Assembly (NCBI RefSeq): GCF_030144855.1
Contig: NC_082708.1
Span: 46,314,001 to 46,378,000, forward strand
Source of the DNA: Hypanus sabinus
Lineage: Eukaryota
DNA: 64,000 bases
Direction: 5' to 3'
Below are positions 26,711 to 38,385 of this stretch, piece by piece (the first letter of the stretch is position 1; each line of letters starts with the position of its first letter). A model generated the notes under the pieces. It did no database searches and was not told the DNA's origin. It worked only from the letters and a program-made list of their open reading frames with translations. A program made the position numbers and the translations under genes.

Positions 26711-28323
26711 GAAAAGGTGTTGGACCACATCTTGATCATAGACCAAGTTTTGAAGGATCAAACGACTCGTTGTCTGCCTATCATCAGATGGGAAATCCGA
26801 TTTATGAAGCAGCAGATTCTGGAGCTGAGGGTGGAAGTATACATACTGAACTATCACGGCAATATGCAAATACGTCTAATGTTAACTTTTTAGTTGCAAC
26901 TGGACAAGCCATGACAGCTAACAATCCTGGACAGAGGTGCTCCCCCATAGGCCAACACCCTACAATGAGTGGACAGAATCCTCCATCGAATAATATATTC
27001 CCACCCATAGCTTGTGATATTAAACATCAACAGAAAGCATATTCAGCCAAAGGTGAGACAGGCCAAACTCTCCAAATGATTAGTTACAATCTCTCAAATC
27101 ACAGCAGCCAAACAATTGCACTACAAGGCACTCAAGTGTCAAATAATCCTCATTATATGAGGCAGCATTTAATAGCTCAAGGAGACAATGCTGTCTCTTT
27201 AGGTTATCCTGTCCAAAGAAGCTCATCTTTCCAAAATAAGATTCAACAAGAGGGAAGTTACGGAAGCCTTCAGAATAAAAATCATGTCACTCAAGGCATT
27301 GCCACCCTCACTTTCCAACAGTCTCCAACAGTTCTATACATACCACAGTCCCACCACAGACAACAAAGTCCTACATCCCCTCAGATGCAGATGTTGCCAG
27401 CTGTTGCCCCAGCATTTGGAAATGACTTTCCTGAACTTGCCCCAAATATGATGACACCCTCAAGAAATAGCCTGAACCTGGAGATCTTTGATATGAACTC
27501 TTCCCAGGTACAACATTGGCAAATACCATCTCCAATGAGAAGGGATTCCCTGCAGAACCCTGGTCTGGAGACATTGCCAAGGTCAGCTGGCCACCTGCGG
27601 CCAGATGCCAAAATTCCAAATCGAACTAATTCATTCAATAGCAAACTGCAGACATCGCCATCTGTGAGACAAGTTCAGACGAACAAAACAGATCCATCTC
27701 TTAACACTACCAATACCATTACAGCAGTAACATCAACCCCTATTCTCAAAGCAGTGAGGAGCATTAGAGTCCCAAGGCCCGAGCCTCAGACAGCTGTGGC
27801 ACCTTTACACCCAGCATGGTTACAGACTCCGGGCACAGATAGCAATGACGTAATGGATCAGAAGCCATTGGCAGTAGGTGGGGCTGTAGCCTATCCCCTG
27901 GAGCCTGATGATTACACTGTGAAAGAGCGTCGATGCCCTCCACCACCATATCCAAAACATTTGTTACTTCAGAACAGCGCAGAGCAGTTTGATGCCAATA
28001 GTTTATGCATGGGTGTGGACCAAAATATTCGCGCTATTCAAAGTTTGACCTGCAGTGAAACTGAAAGTATTGGCAATCAAAAATCTGAGAAAAATAACAA
28101 GCCGAACAAATCAGAGAAGATGGGAAAGGACAAAAAACTTATTCAAACATCTCCTGTACCAGTTCGCAAAAACAACAAAGATGAGGAAAAGAGAGAATCG
28201 AGAATTAAAAGTTACTCTCCTTTTGCTTTTAAATTCTTCATGGAACAACATGTAGAGAATATAATGAAAACATACCAACAAAAATTAAACAGAAGGCTGC
28301 AGTTGGAGCAAGAGATGTCAAAG
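26711..28323 (+). CDS. LATS2: LATS2 large coding exon (1613 nt): low-complexity region, LCD2, PPxY motif, start of MOB-binding region
   Basis: Acceptor ctttaag|GA AAA GGT (phase 1) and donor AAG|gtattg (phase 0). Contains RPSFEG, RRDSLQ, RTNSF, TITAVTSTPILKAVRSIRVPRPEPQTAV, CPPPPYPKHLL, IQTSPVPVRKN and SYSPFAFKFFMEQHVEN. Confidence 0.96.
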
Positions 28324-29740
28324 GTATTGATTTTTCATTGTCAAAACATGTCTGGTCTGCAGAATTAAGTTGTGGGACTGGCATATGGCATATGGCTACT
28401 GGAAAAATGTTTCTGTAGTGTCACTGAGTGACTCCCGCCAGCAGATGGGGAATGAGAGTAGGTGGCCTCTGGCACCACCACAGAATCACAGACACAGGGC
28501 AAAACCTTTTCAGTTTATCAGTTACAAGGACTGACCATGAGTTAAAATACACTTCCATGGTGTACTGCATTTAACAGAGCAATCTTCACCTTCATCTATA
28601 ATGGTTCTTTCGATTGCTTTGTCCACTTTAAACCAGAAGGAGCACTCTAACATTACTAACTGTTGCATTATAATAACATGTATTAGCATTCTGATGCCTG
28701 AATCCTTTCTGACTAACAGAACTGGCACAAGCTGGAAGTTAGAATACTTGCAACAATATATTCACAAAATCCTTAATGATTGTAAACTCTAACTGACTTG
28801 TAATCGCTGTGGAGAGAGCATCATTGAAATTCATTAGTTAAGGTCTGGCGTGGATTTGTCAATGGGATGTAGAGGAAAAACCTGGATTGTGTTAGGTTGC
28901 CTTCTTAGTAGTAGCAGGGTGACCATTGTCTTAAACACCAAAATACAGGAGAAAATGTCCATTTCAACAGAAACAGAGCTTGCACGTCAAGTTAGTTTTT
29001 ACTTATAATCCTTCTCAAAATTTCTAGGGGTTAAGGTAGGGGGTAGAAACAATTCTGGAAACAAGGAAATACCCAAATTTCAGTTGCTTTCCCTTCTCCT
29101 CTCACTTTCAATATATTTTGCTGCCAAAAAAAGAAGAGCCATTATCATGTCAATTTTACTTTTTTAAAGTTGTCTATGAACCCAAAATGACTTGCATTGC
29201 TGTTGTGCCTTTTAAAACAAAATATCCCAAGATGGTTCTTGAGGATATTATCAAATAGGATTTTGATACCAAGCCATATTGGGAGATACTAAGGCAGATG
29301 ATCAAAAGTTTAGTTAAAAAGAGAGTTCTTAAACACTCTCTTAAAGGAGGAGAAAGTGGTGGAGAGATTTAGAGAGTGAATTCTAGGATTTAGGTCTTGA
29401 AAACCTTGGGTGATTACATTGGGATTGGTCAAGTCCAAAAATGAAAGAACACCAATATCTTGTATAGTTACATGGTTGGAGGAGATTGGAGATAGAAAAA
29501 AGTACAGCCACATAAGAATTTTAAAATTGAGTTAACTGAGAATTGGTGAAAGCTATCAAAGACAGTGGTCTTGGGTGTTGGGGGAAAAGTTAGGATGCAG
29601 GGAGCATGTTTTGGATGACTGTTAGCTCAGCAGGTAGAACAAGGTATGTGTTGTCACAAAAGGTGTGGAAGAGGACTTCAGCATCCGATGGGCTTAGACA
29701 AGAGAGATTTAAATATTGATACAGAAATAAAGTTAGCTCA

Positions 29741-30986
29741 TACCATATATTCCGGAGTATAAGCCGAACCCCCATTTTCAAGGTTAAAAAAGTGACTTTT
29801 TCATGTTACCTTTGTATAAGTCAACCCCCTTTGTAGAGGTTTTTGATTTAACCAGAAAAGATCACAAGATCTCACTTGTCGGTACTCAGTTTTGCCGGAT
29901 GTGGAACCGGGAAAATTTGTGAACCAGTACCTGCTAAGAAAACAGGCCTACACATCACATTGCAGAGTGTTACAAGTGAATTCTTAATAAATAAATCAGG
30001 GAGGGAAATTTTGGATTAGGTCTCCAATGGTAAAGAATCCTCTGAAATGTAACCCCCGTGAAACCATTGTAATCTCTTTAAAACATAACACAAGGTGGCG
30101 GGATCAGTACGTGTACTCAGTATTGAGTTTGTGACTACCATGTACAAAAGATTAAAACGAATGCGATATGATGCTGGCTTCAAGCTGAAGGTTGTTGATT
30201 TTGCTAGAGAAACAAATAATTCTGCAGCTGCTAAGAAGTTTAGTGTAAACGAGAAACAAGTGAGAGAATGGAGAAAGGTAGAGGACACGCTGAGGGAAAT
30301 GCCAAAGGCGAAATGTGCAAACCGCAGGAAAACATGCCAGTGGCCAGAACTGGAAGAAAAAGTTTTAGAGTGGGTGAATCATCAGCGATCATCTGGGTAC
30401 ATTGTTACCAGAGAAATGATTCGAGTTCAAGTGTTGAAATGGGCCAAAAAACACCGTGAGGTCAGCGAAAATTTCAAAGCTACGCGAAGTTGGTGCACCA
30501 AATTTATGAATAGACGTGATCTTGTATTGAGACAAAAAACAGAGATTGCTCAGAAAATTTCCGCGGGGTGTTGTTTACATTCAAGAATGCTGCTGCATGG
30601 ACGAAGTGGGTTGCTTAAAGTGGGTTAAAGAGGTGTGGCCTCGACGGTTTCGGGAAGGAAAAGTTGCTACTCGTCTGGGACATGTTCAAGGCGCATTTGT
30701 CAGGTGAGACAAAAGCAGCACTGAAAGCTGAAAATATGGACACTGCAGTCATCCCCGGTGGTTTGATCTCTGTGCTCCTGCCACTAGATGTGTGTTTAAA
30801 CAAATCATTCAAAGAATTCATGTGTCGAGAGTGGAACGAATTTGACTCAAAAACAGCCAATAAATATGACCTGTCTTCCATGTATTTGTTTTTCCAAAGC
30901 TGGCACCCTCTGTATAAGCTGATCTCTTAATTTTAGGACCAAAATTTAGGGCCAAATTCTCGGTTTATACATCGGAATTTATGGTA
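29741..30986 (+). mobile_element. Internally deleted pogo/Tc2-type (POGK-like) DNA transposon, coordinates including TA target duplication
   Basis: Left end TACCATATATTCCGGAGTATAAGCCGA versus right end (reverse complement) TACCATAAATTCCGATGTATAAACCGA. ORF 30095-30628 has a Brinker-type DBD (RYDAGFKLKVV...VREWRK) and a CENP-B-type HTH (WPELEEKVLEWV...FKATRSWCTKFM). Region 30664-30840 encodes a DDE_1 remnant (LLVWDMFKAH...IPGGL..L.PLDV.LNK.FK). Confidence 0.93.
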
Positions 30987-31728
30987 TTTGTGATAGCATG
31001 TGATGTGATCAAAAGCTCATCCTATGATCAAAAACAATCTAGTTTGGTTTCAGACAGTTATCAGTTAAGAGAAATGGTGTTTCAGAGCAAATGGAGCTAG
31101 ACACTAAAACAAACCATAACCAACTTGCAAATGTTTAGATGCTGTGATAGGTTGCAAAGTGCATGTTTTCACTCAATCATGTTCTTAGAGATTTAAATAG
31201 TGAGCCACAGGAGAATGAACTAGATTACACAGTATGAACAACATGGAGAAACCTATAATTTTGTGAGCCAGTTTGCATTTGAATCACATGGATCTGATTT
31301 TAAAAGATGCCTGTGAGGATTGAACTGTCATTCATTCATTGACAATCATTACTAACTGATGTGATGTAGCAGTAACTTGGCTGTGGTAGTGCATGCTTGC
31401 ATCTTATCTTCCTTAAACTGAAGAACACTGTGGAATATGTGGCTAATCTGTCTTGGAGGGCACCAGAGCCATTGAGGAGTCTGTGCTTCTTTTCTGAGAT
31501 TATCAGAGAGCATAATCTATGACTTCAGGAATATTTCTAACTCCACAAAAGTTATACTTCATAAAAGGAGCATGTTATATTCCTGCTGCATCCAGTTACC
31601 CCTACAGAACGTTAACTTCTTGCTTTGCTGACAGGCAGCTGGTTGTAATTCCTAGATACTGGCAAAACCTTTGCTATATTCTAATTTGCCACAGCATCCA
31701 GACCTAATCAAGTCAACACTCTCACTGT

Positions 31729-32937
31729 TAAATGCAGATATATCAGTACTACATGGGTGAAGACTCTAATAAATGCAGATATATCGGTACTACATGGGTG
31801 AAGACTGATAAATGCAGATATATCAGTACTACATGGGTGAAGACTGATAAATGCAGATATATCAGTACTACATGGGTGAAGACTGATAAATGCAGATATA
31901 TCGGTACTACATGGGTGAAGACTGATAAATGCAGATATATCAGTACTACATGGGTGAAGACTGATAAATGCAGATATATCGGTACTACATGGGTGAAGAC
32001 TGATAAATGCAGATATATCGGTACTACATGGGTGAGGACTCTGATAAATGCAGATATATCGGTACTACATGGGTGAAGACTGATAAATGCAGATATATCA
32101 GTACTACATGGGTGAGGACTCTAATAAATGCAGATATATCAGTACTACATGGGTGAGGACTCTGATAAATGCAGATATATCAGTACTACATGGGTGAAGA
32201 CTGATAAATGCAGATATATCGGTACTACATGGGTGAAGACTCTAATAAATGCAGATATATCGGTACTACATGGGTGAAGACTCTAATAAATGCAGATATA
32301 TCAGTACTACATGGGTGAAGACTGATAAATGCAGATATATCGGTACTACATGGGTGAGGACTCTGATAAATGCAGATATATCGGTACTACATGGGTGAAG
32401 ACTCTAATAAATGCAGATATATCAGTACTACATGGGTGAAGACTGATAAATGCAGATATATCGGTACTACATGGGTGAGGACTCTGATAAATGCAGATAT
32501 ATCAGTACTACATGGGTGAGGACTCTGATAAATGCAGATATATCGGTACTACATGGGTGAGGACTCTGATAAATGCAGATATATCGGTACTACATGGGTG
32601 AAGACTCTAATAAATGCAGATATATCGGTACTACATGGGTGAAGACTAATAAATGCAGATATATCGGTACTACATGGGTGAAGACTCTGATAAATGCAGA
32701 TATATCGGTACTACATGGGTGAGGACTCTGATAAATGCAGATATATCGGTACTACATGGGTGAAGACTCTGATAAATGCAGATATATCGGTACTACATGG
32801 GTGAGGACTCTGATAAATGCAGATATATCAGTACTACATGGGTGAGGACTCTGATAAATGCAGATATATCGGTACTACATGGGTGAAGACTCTGATAAAT
32901 GCAGATATATCAGTACTACATGGGTGAGGACTCTGAT
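31729..32937. repeat. Minisatellite, 30 copies of a 39/41-bp unit
   Basis: Unit AAATGCAGATATATC(A/G)GTACTACATGGGTGA(A/G)GAC(TC)T(G/A)AT; copies counted by eye. Confidence 0.98.
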
Positions 32938-33481
32938 GGCTACAGAGCACTTCTGGTGTGGCCTGCACCACTAGACATCTCTAATTTCCTTCCTTCAAAA
33001 AGAGGGAGTATTCAGAAAATCTAGTGGGGAAAACATATTTGTGGACATTGTAGCTGCACTGACAACAAACACTTCGTAGGATACAGAAAAATATGGTATG
33101 GAAATGACTGGAAAATCATAGGGCACTGTATGGTAGTTCCTTATGAAAGTTCTGGTAAATACATTTCCTTCACAACCCCACCTCATCTGGTTAAGTCCTC
33201 CCGTGTAATGTTCATATATGACAGGAAGAATTAATGGATCTCAGAGTAATGCTACATAGATGTTGAATTGTTTCAGTTCAGAGTTTCATTCCTGATAATC
33301 CATGTTGCTTCACTTTCTTGCTGGTAGCAGTCTGTCTAATTTTACAATTGTCAGTGTGTACTTCGCAGACAAGTTGAAAATCAAAACTCACAAGTAGTTT
33401 TTCAGTTCTTTTGCATAGTTAAGGTGTTTTTTCTCCCCCAAGTACAATTCACCTATTTTTATTAATTTGTGACTTCCAAAG

Positions 33482-34064
33482 GCAGGACTTTCCGTGGCTG
33501 AACAGGAACAGATGAGGAAAATGCTTAATCAGAAAGAATCCAATTACAACAGATTGAAAAGAGCAAAAATGGACAAATCCCTGTTTGTAAAAATTAAGAC
33601 TCTGGGAGTCGGTGCATTTGGGGAGGTCTGCCTGGCTCAAAAAGTGGACACCAATGCTCTGTATGCAATGAAAACTCTAAGGAAAAAAGATGTGTTGAGT
33701 CGCAATCAAGTGGCTCATGTGAAAGCTGAAAGGGACATTCTGGCTGAAGCTGACAATGAATGGGTGGTGAAGCTTTACTACTCCTTCCAAGATAAAGACA
33801 GCTTATACTTTGTGATGGATTACATCCCTGGTGGAGATATGATGAGCCTCTTAATACGAATGGGAGTTTTTCCAGAGTCACTGGCAAGATTCTATATCGG
33901 AGAACTGACTTTAGCCATTGAGAGCGTCCACAAAATGGGATTTATTCACAGAGATATTAAACCTGATAACATCCTGATAGATCTTGACGGACACATTAAG
34001 CTCACTGACTTTGGTCTTTGTACTGGGTTCAGGTGGACACATGATTCCAAATACTATCAGAAAG
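33482..34064 (+). CDS. LATS2: LATS2 coding exon (583 nt): MOB1-binding NTR and kinase subdomains I-VII
   Basis: Acceptor ttccaaag|GCA GGA CTT and donor AAAG|gtaagt. Encodes GVGAFG (Gly loop), AMK, HRDIKPDN and DFG. Confidence 0.98.
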
Positions 34065-35764
34065 GTAAGTCTTGCTAATAGTTTTCAAAGTTTTCACTGG
34101 AATATTTGTAATAGTGCTTTTTGTATGTTTCATTTCAGTTTGTAAAATTGGCAATATTGTGCCTCAATTGACAGCAGAGTATCAGCTTTTGCCCTGAAGC
34201 TTCATTTATATGCTCTGATTAAGTAACTTTGTCAGTTTGTAGAAGGGGAATTTTCCATCTTTACTGCTTGGAGAGAGGATCAGAAATATTATCCAGTTTG
34301 ACTGATGTGGTTCAAATTCCTGTAAGCTGATGCTGATTGGGTTGTTATATTCTATGCGTTCTCAGTTATGCAGGAGCGAGGGAGATGTGCAGATACCTAC
34401 AAATACATCCCTGAATGCACTTGCAATATTTAGTCATGTCTATGTATTGTGCTTGACAGTGCTCATTCCAAATTTCAGAGATGGAGTTTGGTAGATAAGT
34501 CAGATTTACCAGCAGGGATTTCTGGACATAAGGCATTTTCAAAGATATGCCATGAATGTTTTGTAAAGTCTGTAATGTTGTCTGTAGATTTAGAAAGATG
34601 AAGCATCATTAGTCATTCTGGAGTTTTTTTCAGGTAATACCATGTACTGCTGAGAACTCGATGAATCAGAAAGCAACATGAAAAGTGATCATACTGAGAT
34701 CACATCAGTTCAGGTTGTTGACTTTAAGCCCTTTCCTTGTTTATTGGCTGTGGAAGATAAGCTGACAAAATGACCCCTACTCTTCACTTTTATACACTGT
34801 AGATGTTTGCTTCTCCTTTCAAAGCATTGGAAGCTGATTTTATGAATGCCCAAGCAAATATAAATAGTATATTTATATTCAGTGAGTGAGTCTGAAATTG
34901 ATGTGGTTCTATGTATTTCTGGGCTCATACAATAGTAAGGGTATTGGAATTCAGAGGAGCAATGGATTTATCAGAAATAATTATTTCTATTTTGCTGTAC
35001 TATGAAGCAGGCAACAGGAGAACTGTTGCTCTTGACAAGGAAATAAAAGATGTGTTCTTTTAAATAGAACTCAGCTATATCGGGAATATAAAAAAAAACT
35101 ACTGTATAACCAGATGGTATTAGTTTAAAATGAGAGATAGAAGATTAAGGAGGACAATTGGAGAAGATTTTTACCCAGAAGGTGGTTGAAATCTGGACTG
35201 CATTGTCTGAGGGATGGTAATGAAAGATACTCTCTCGGCATTTAGTAAGTATTTAGATCAGCACTTGGACTGAGCGTTGGAAGCTCTGATGGGGGTAGAA
35301 TGGTATTCATGGCTGGTACAGATGTGAGCTGAAGGGCCTCATTTTGAGCTGTATGATCTAAGTAGGGGATTATAGTTAGCCATGGAACCATTTTTTTTTT
35401 TGTGATTAAATATCTTGAAAAGTTTTTTTACCCTGATTGCTGTGAAACAGCTGCCGAAAGTGTGAAGAGATTTATATTGCTGAGGATGGCATCAACGTGG
35501 TGAAATTAATGAAATTCTATTGCATGTTGCTGCATGAATGAATTTTATCAAAAGTTCAGTTGCATTTAATTCAGATATTTTTTCCTTGATTCTCTATGCA
35601 TATAATCTGGAGATATAGTAGGTCACGGAGAAGCAAAATCTGCATTTGCTGTGGCAAGGGCACACACATTTTGATACCATTTGCAGAAAAGAATTTACAG
35701 ACTTAAAATGCAAAAGCAGGGCTTAAATGGAGGATTGAGCCCTGCTTTAGCTTTAAATGGGTTA

Positions 35765-36450
35765 GAGTCATACTGCACAGCAACAGTCACTTCAGCCCAT
35801 ATTTGTCAGGGCTGTCTAAAATAAATATTCAAGCTATTCCTGTTTTCCAGCACTTGGCTTATATCTCTCTAAGCTCTTGCCATCCACATCTTGTCCACAT
35901 AACGTATCTAATGTACCTGCCTCAACCATCTAGCAGCTGGTTTCATATATTGGTTTCATCTGCTGTTTTAAAAGAAAGTTGCCTCTTAAATTCTTATTAA
36001 GTCTTTCACCTCTAACCTTAAACTATCTTCTTCAGTTTTTGATTCCCTGGAAAAACCAGCATTTATCCTATCTATGCCCCTCATGATTTTATCCCTCAGT
36101 ATCCTACTCTCCAAGGAGTAAAGCTCCAGCCAGTCCACTGTCCCCCTATAGATCAGTCCCTCAAGTGCTGGCAACATCCTTGTAATAAACAAGAGATTCT
36201 GCAGATGCTGAAAATCCAAAGTAAAACACAAAATGTTGGAGGAACTCAGTAGGTCATGCAACATCTATGGAGGGGAATAAACAGTCAAGTTTCAGGCTGA
36301 GACCCTTTGTCAGGACTGAAAAGGAAGGCGGAGGAAGCCGGAATAAGTAGTAATCATTTTTGCACTTTTTCCAGTTTAATCACATTCTTCCTATAACAGT
36401 GCGACCAAAACTAAACACAGTACTCCAAATGTGGCCTCATCAACATCTAG
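35765..36450 (-). mobile_element. CR1 3' fragment interrupted by a Penelope-like terminal repeat (36187-36349)
   Basis: TRMLPALEGL.Y..LELYSLE remnant. The insert is flanked by GTAAT at 36182-36186 and 36350-36354. Confidence 0.7.
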
Positions 36451-36489
36451 CATGGAAACTTCCCAATTTCCTTATTGGCCACCCGACTA

Positions 36490-37425
36490 GTTCCTACTTA
36501 CTGCATTCAGCCCACACCCCTCTAAATCCCACATCCATGTATAGTACCTATCCAAGAGCTTCACTGATACTACTGTACCTGCCTCAACCACTTCTGCTGG
36601 CACCACATTCCACATGATCACCACACTTTGTATGAGAAAGTTGTCCCTCAGTCTTTTCTCTCTCCCCCTAAATCCATGTCCTCTAGCTTTAGACTTCCCT
36701 ACCTTGGGGAAAAGATTGTCATTGTTCATCTTATCTGTGCCTATTATAACTTTATACATTTCTGTAAGGTTACCTTTCATTCTCCAATGTTCCAAGGAAT
36801 ACAGACCTAGCCTGCCCAACCCATCTATATCACTCAGACTTGCTTGTCCTGGTAACGTCCTTGTAAATTTTTTCTGCACTCTTTCCAAGTTAACTGCATT
36901 TTTCCTATAGCAGGATGACCAAAACTGGACACAGTACTCCCAAGTGCGGCCTCACCATCAATTTTCACAGCTACAACATAATATTTCAATTCCTGACTGA
37001 TGAAGGCCAGTGTGTTAAATTCCGTCATCGCCACCTGATCTACCTGTGATGAACTTTTAATTTGTTCTCCTAAATCCCTCTGTTCCATGGCACTCTTGAA
37101 TGCCCTACTATTCATAAGTCCTACACTGGTGTGACTTTCTAAAAATTGCATCCCTTCACACTTATCTGTATTGAAATCCATTTGCCACTATTAGGTCCAC
37201 TTTCCTAACTGATTACGATCCTTTTGTAAACTACAATAACCTTCTTCACTATCAGCAACACCTTTCTAATTTTGTGTCACCCACAAACTTACTGATTAAG
37301 CCAAGTGTATTTGCATCCAAACCATCTATATAAGTAACTAATAACAAGGGTCCCAACACCAATCCCTATGGCACATCACTAGTTACCAGCCTCCAGTTCG
37401 GGAAACAACCTACTCCTACTTCTGA
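36490..37425 (-). mobile_element. CR1 LINE RT/C-terminal fragment
   Basis: ERVQKKFTR.LPG...LGLYSLE..RM.GNL.E.YK and MDFNTDKCE. A P.G.VLGPLL RT motif lies near 37340-37372. Confidence 0.88.
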
Positions 37426-37799
37426 TTTATGCGTTCCTATGAGTAATAACACGTTGGCTTGGGTAAGATTGACTGGCTAATATGAAATACAGTTGTAAAA
37501 ATTGCAGTCCAACAGGGTCTTGACTCACATAAATTAGAGAAAGTGTGGTTACTAAATTTGAGGCCATAAAGATGTAAATAAGTTGTGAAGAGGGTGGCAA
37601 AGATAAGTAAGTGGAGCACAATGCAAAGAAATGTGAACAGTAGGGTTGTGCATTAAATCTTGCTTCTGAAATTTGGTTCCAATTAAATCCTTATATTGTT
37701 CTTTTGAAATTTGATTCTAATGTTCTGTTATTTTCTGAACATGTTACTGCTGAAGATGAAGTTCTGGCCAAAAAACTAAAGTTAATAAAATATCAATAG

Positions 37800-38110
37800 G
37801 ACAGCCACAGTGACGCTTCCAGCAGTCTAGGTTCAGTGCTGACCTCTGGGTCTATCTGTGTGGAGTTTGCATGCAAGGATTTCTTTCAGGTGCACCAGTT
37901 TCCTCCTGCACCCCAAAAGCTTGGGGATTGCAGATGAATGGCCCCTGAAAATTGCCCCAGTCTGTAAGTAAATGGTAGAATTTGGTGGGTGCTGGGATGA
38001 AGAGAAAATTGAGAGAATTGTTTGAAAGATGGGATGATTGTACTTCAGGAATAATTGGGTGCTTGATGTTCAGTGGATTTATGGGCCAAAGGCTTTGTTT
38101 CTATATTGTA
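37800..38110 (+). mobile_element. Degenerate V-SINE
   Basis: tgtgtggagtttgcatg...caggtgcaccagtttcctcc core and a CR1-like tail. Confidence 0.6.
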
Positions 38111-38202
38111 GCAAACAGTGACTCAAAAAGCTAAATATTTTCTTTTTTCCTATAAAAATAGTTGTTTTGGTTTCATCTGTTTTATTTTCCGCTTTATAAA
38201 AG

Positions 38203-38385
38203 GGAGCCATGCCAGACAAGACAGCATGGAGCCAAGTGATCTTTGGGGAGACTTGTCTGATTGTAAGTGTGGTGATAGATTAAAAACCCTTGAACAGAGG
38301 GCTGCCCGACAGCACCAAAGATGCCTGGCCCACTCATTGGTCGGAACTCCAAACTACATTGCTCCTGAGGTTCTGGTACGAAAAG
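38203..38385 (+). CDS. LATS2: LATS2 coding exon (183 nt): kinase insert and activation loop
   Basis: Acceptor ataaaag|GG AGC CAT and donor AAAG|gtaagt. Encodes HARQDSMEPS...QRCLAHSLVGTPNYIAPEVL. Confidence 0.97.

Noticed and set aside
30095-30930. Domesticated POGK gene or active transposase
   Set aside because: It retains TIRs and TSD, has no KRAB exon, and the DDE domain is partly deleted and frameshifted.
31729-32937. CRISPR-like array, or a repeat protein (ORF 31732-32076)
   Set aside because: Units are contiguous with no unique spacers, there are no cas genes and the context is a eukaryotic intron. The ORF exists only because the 39-bp units preserve frame; the 41-bp units break it.
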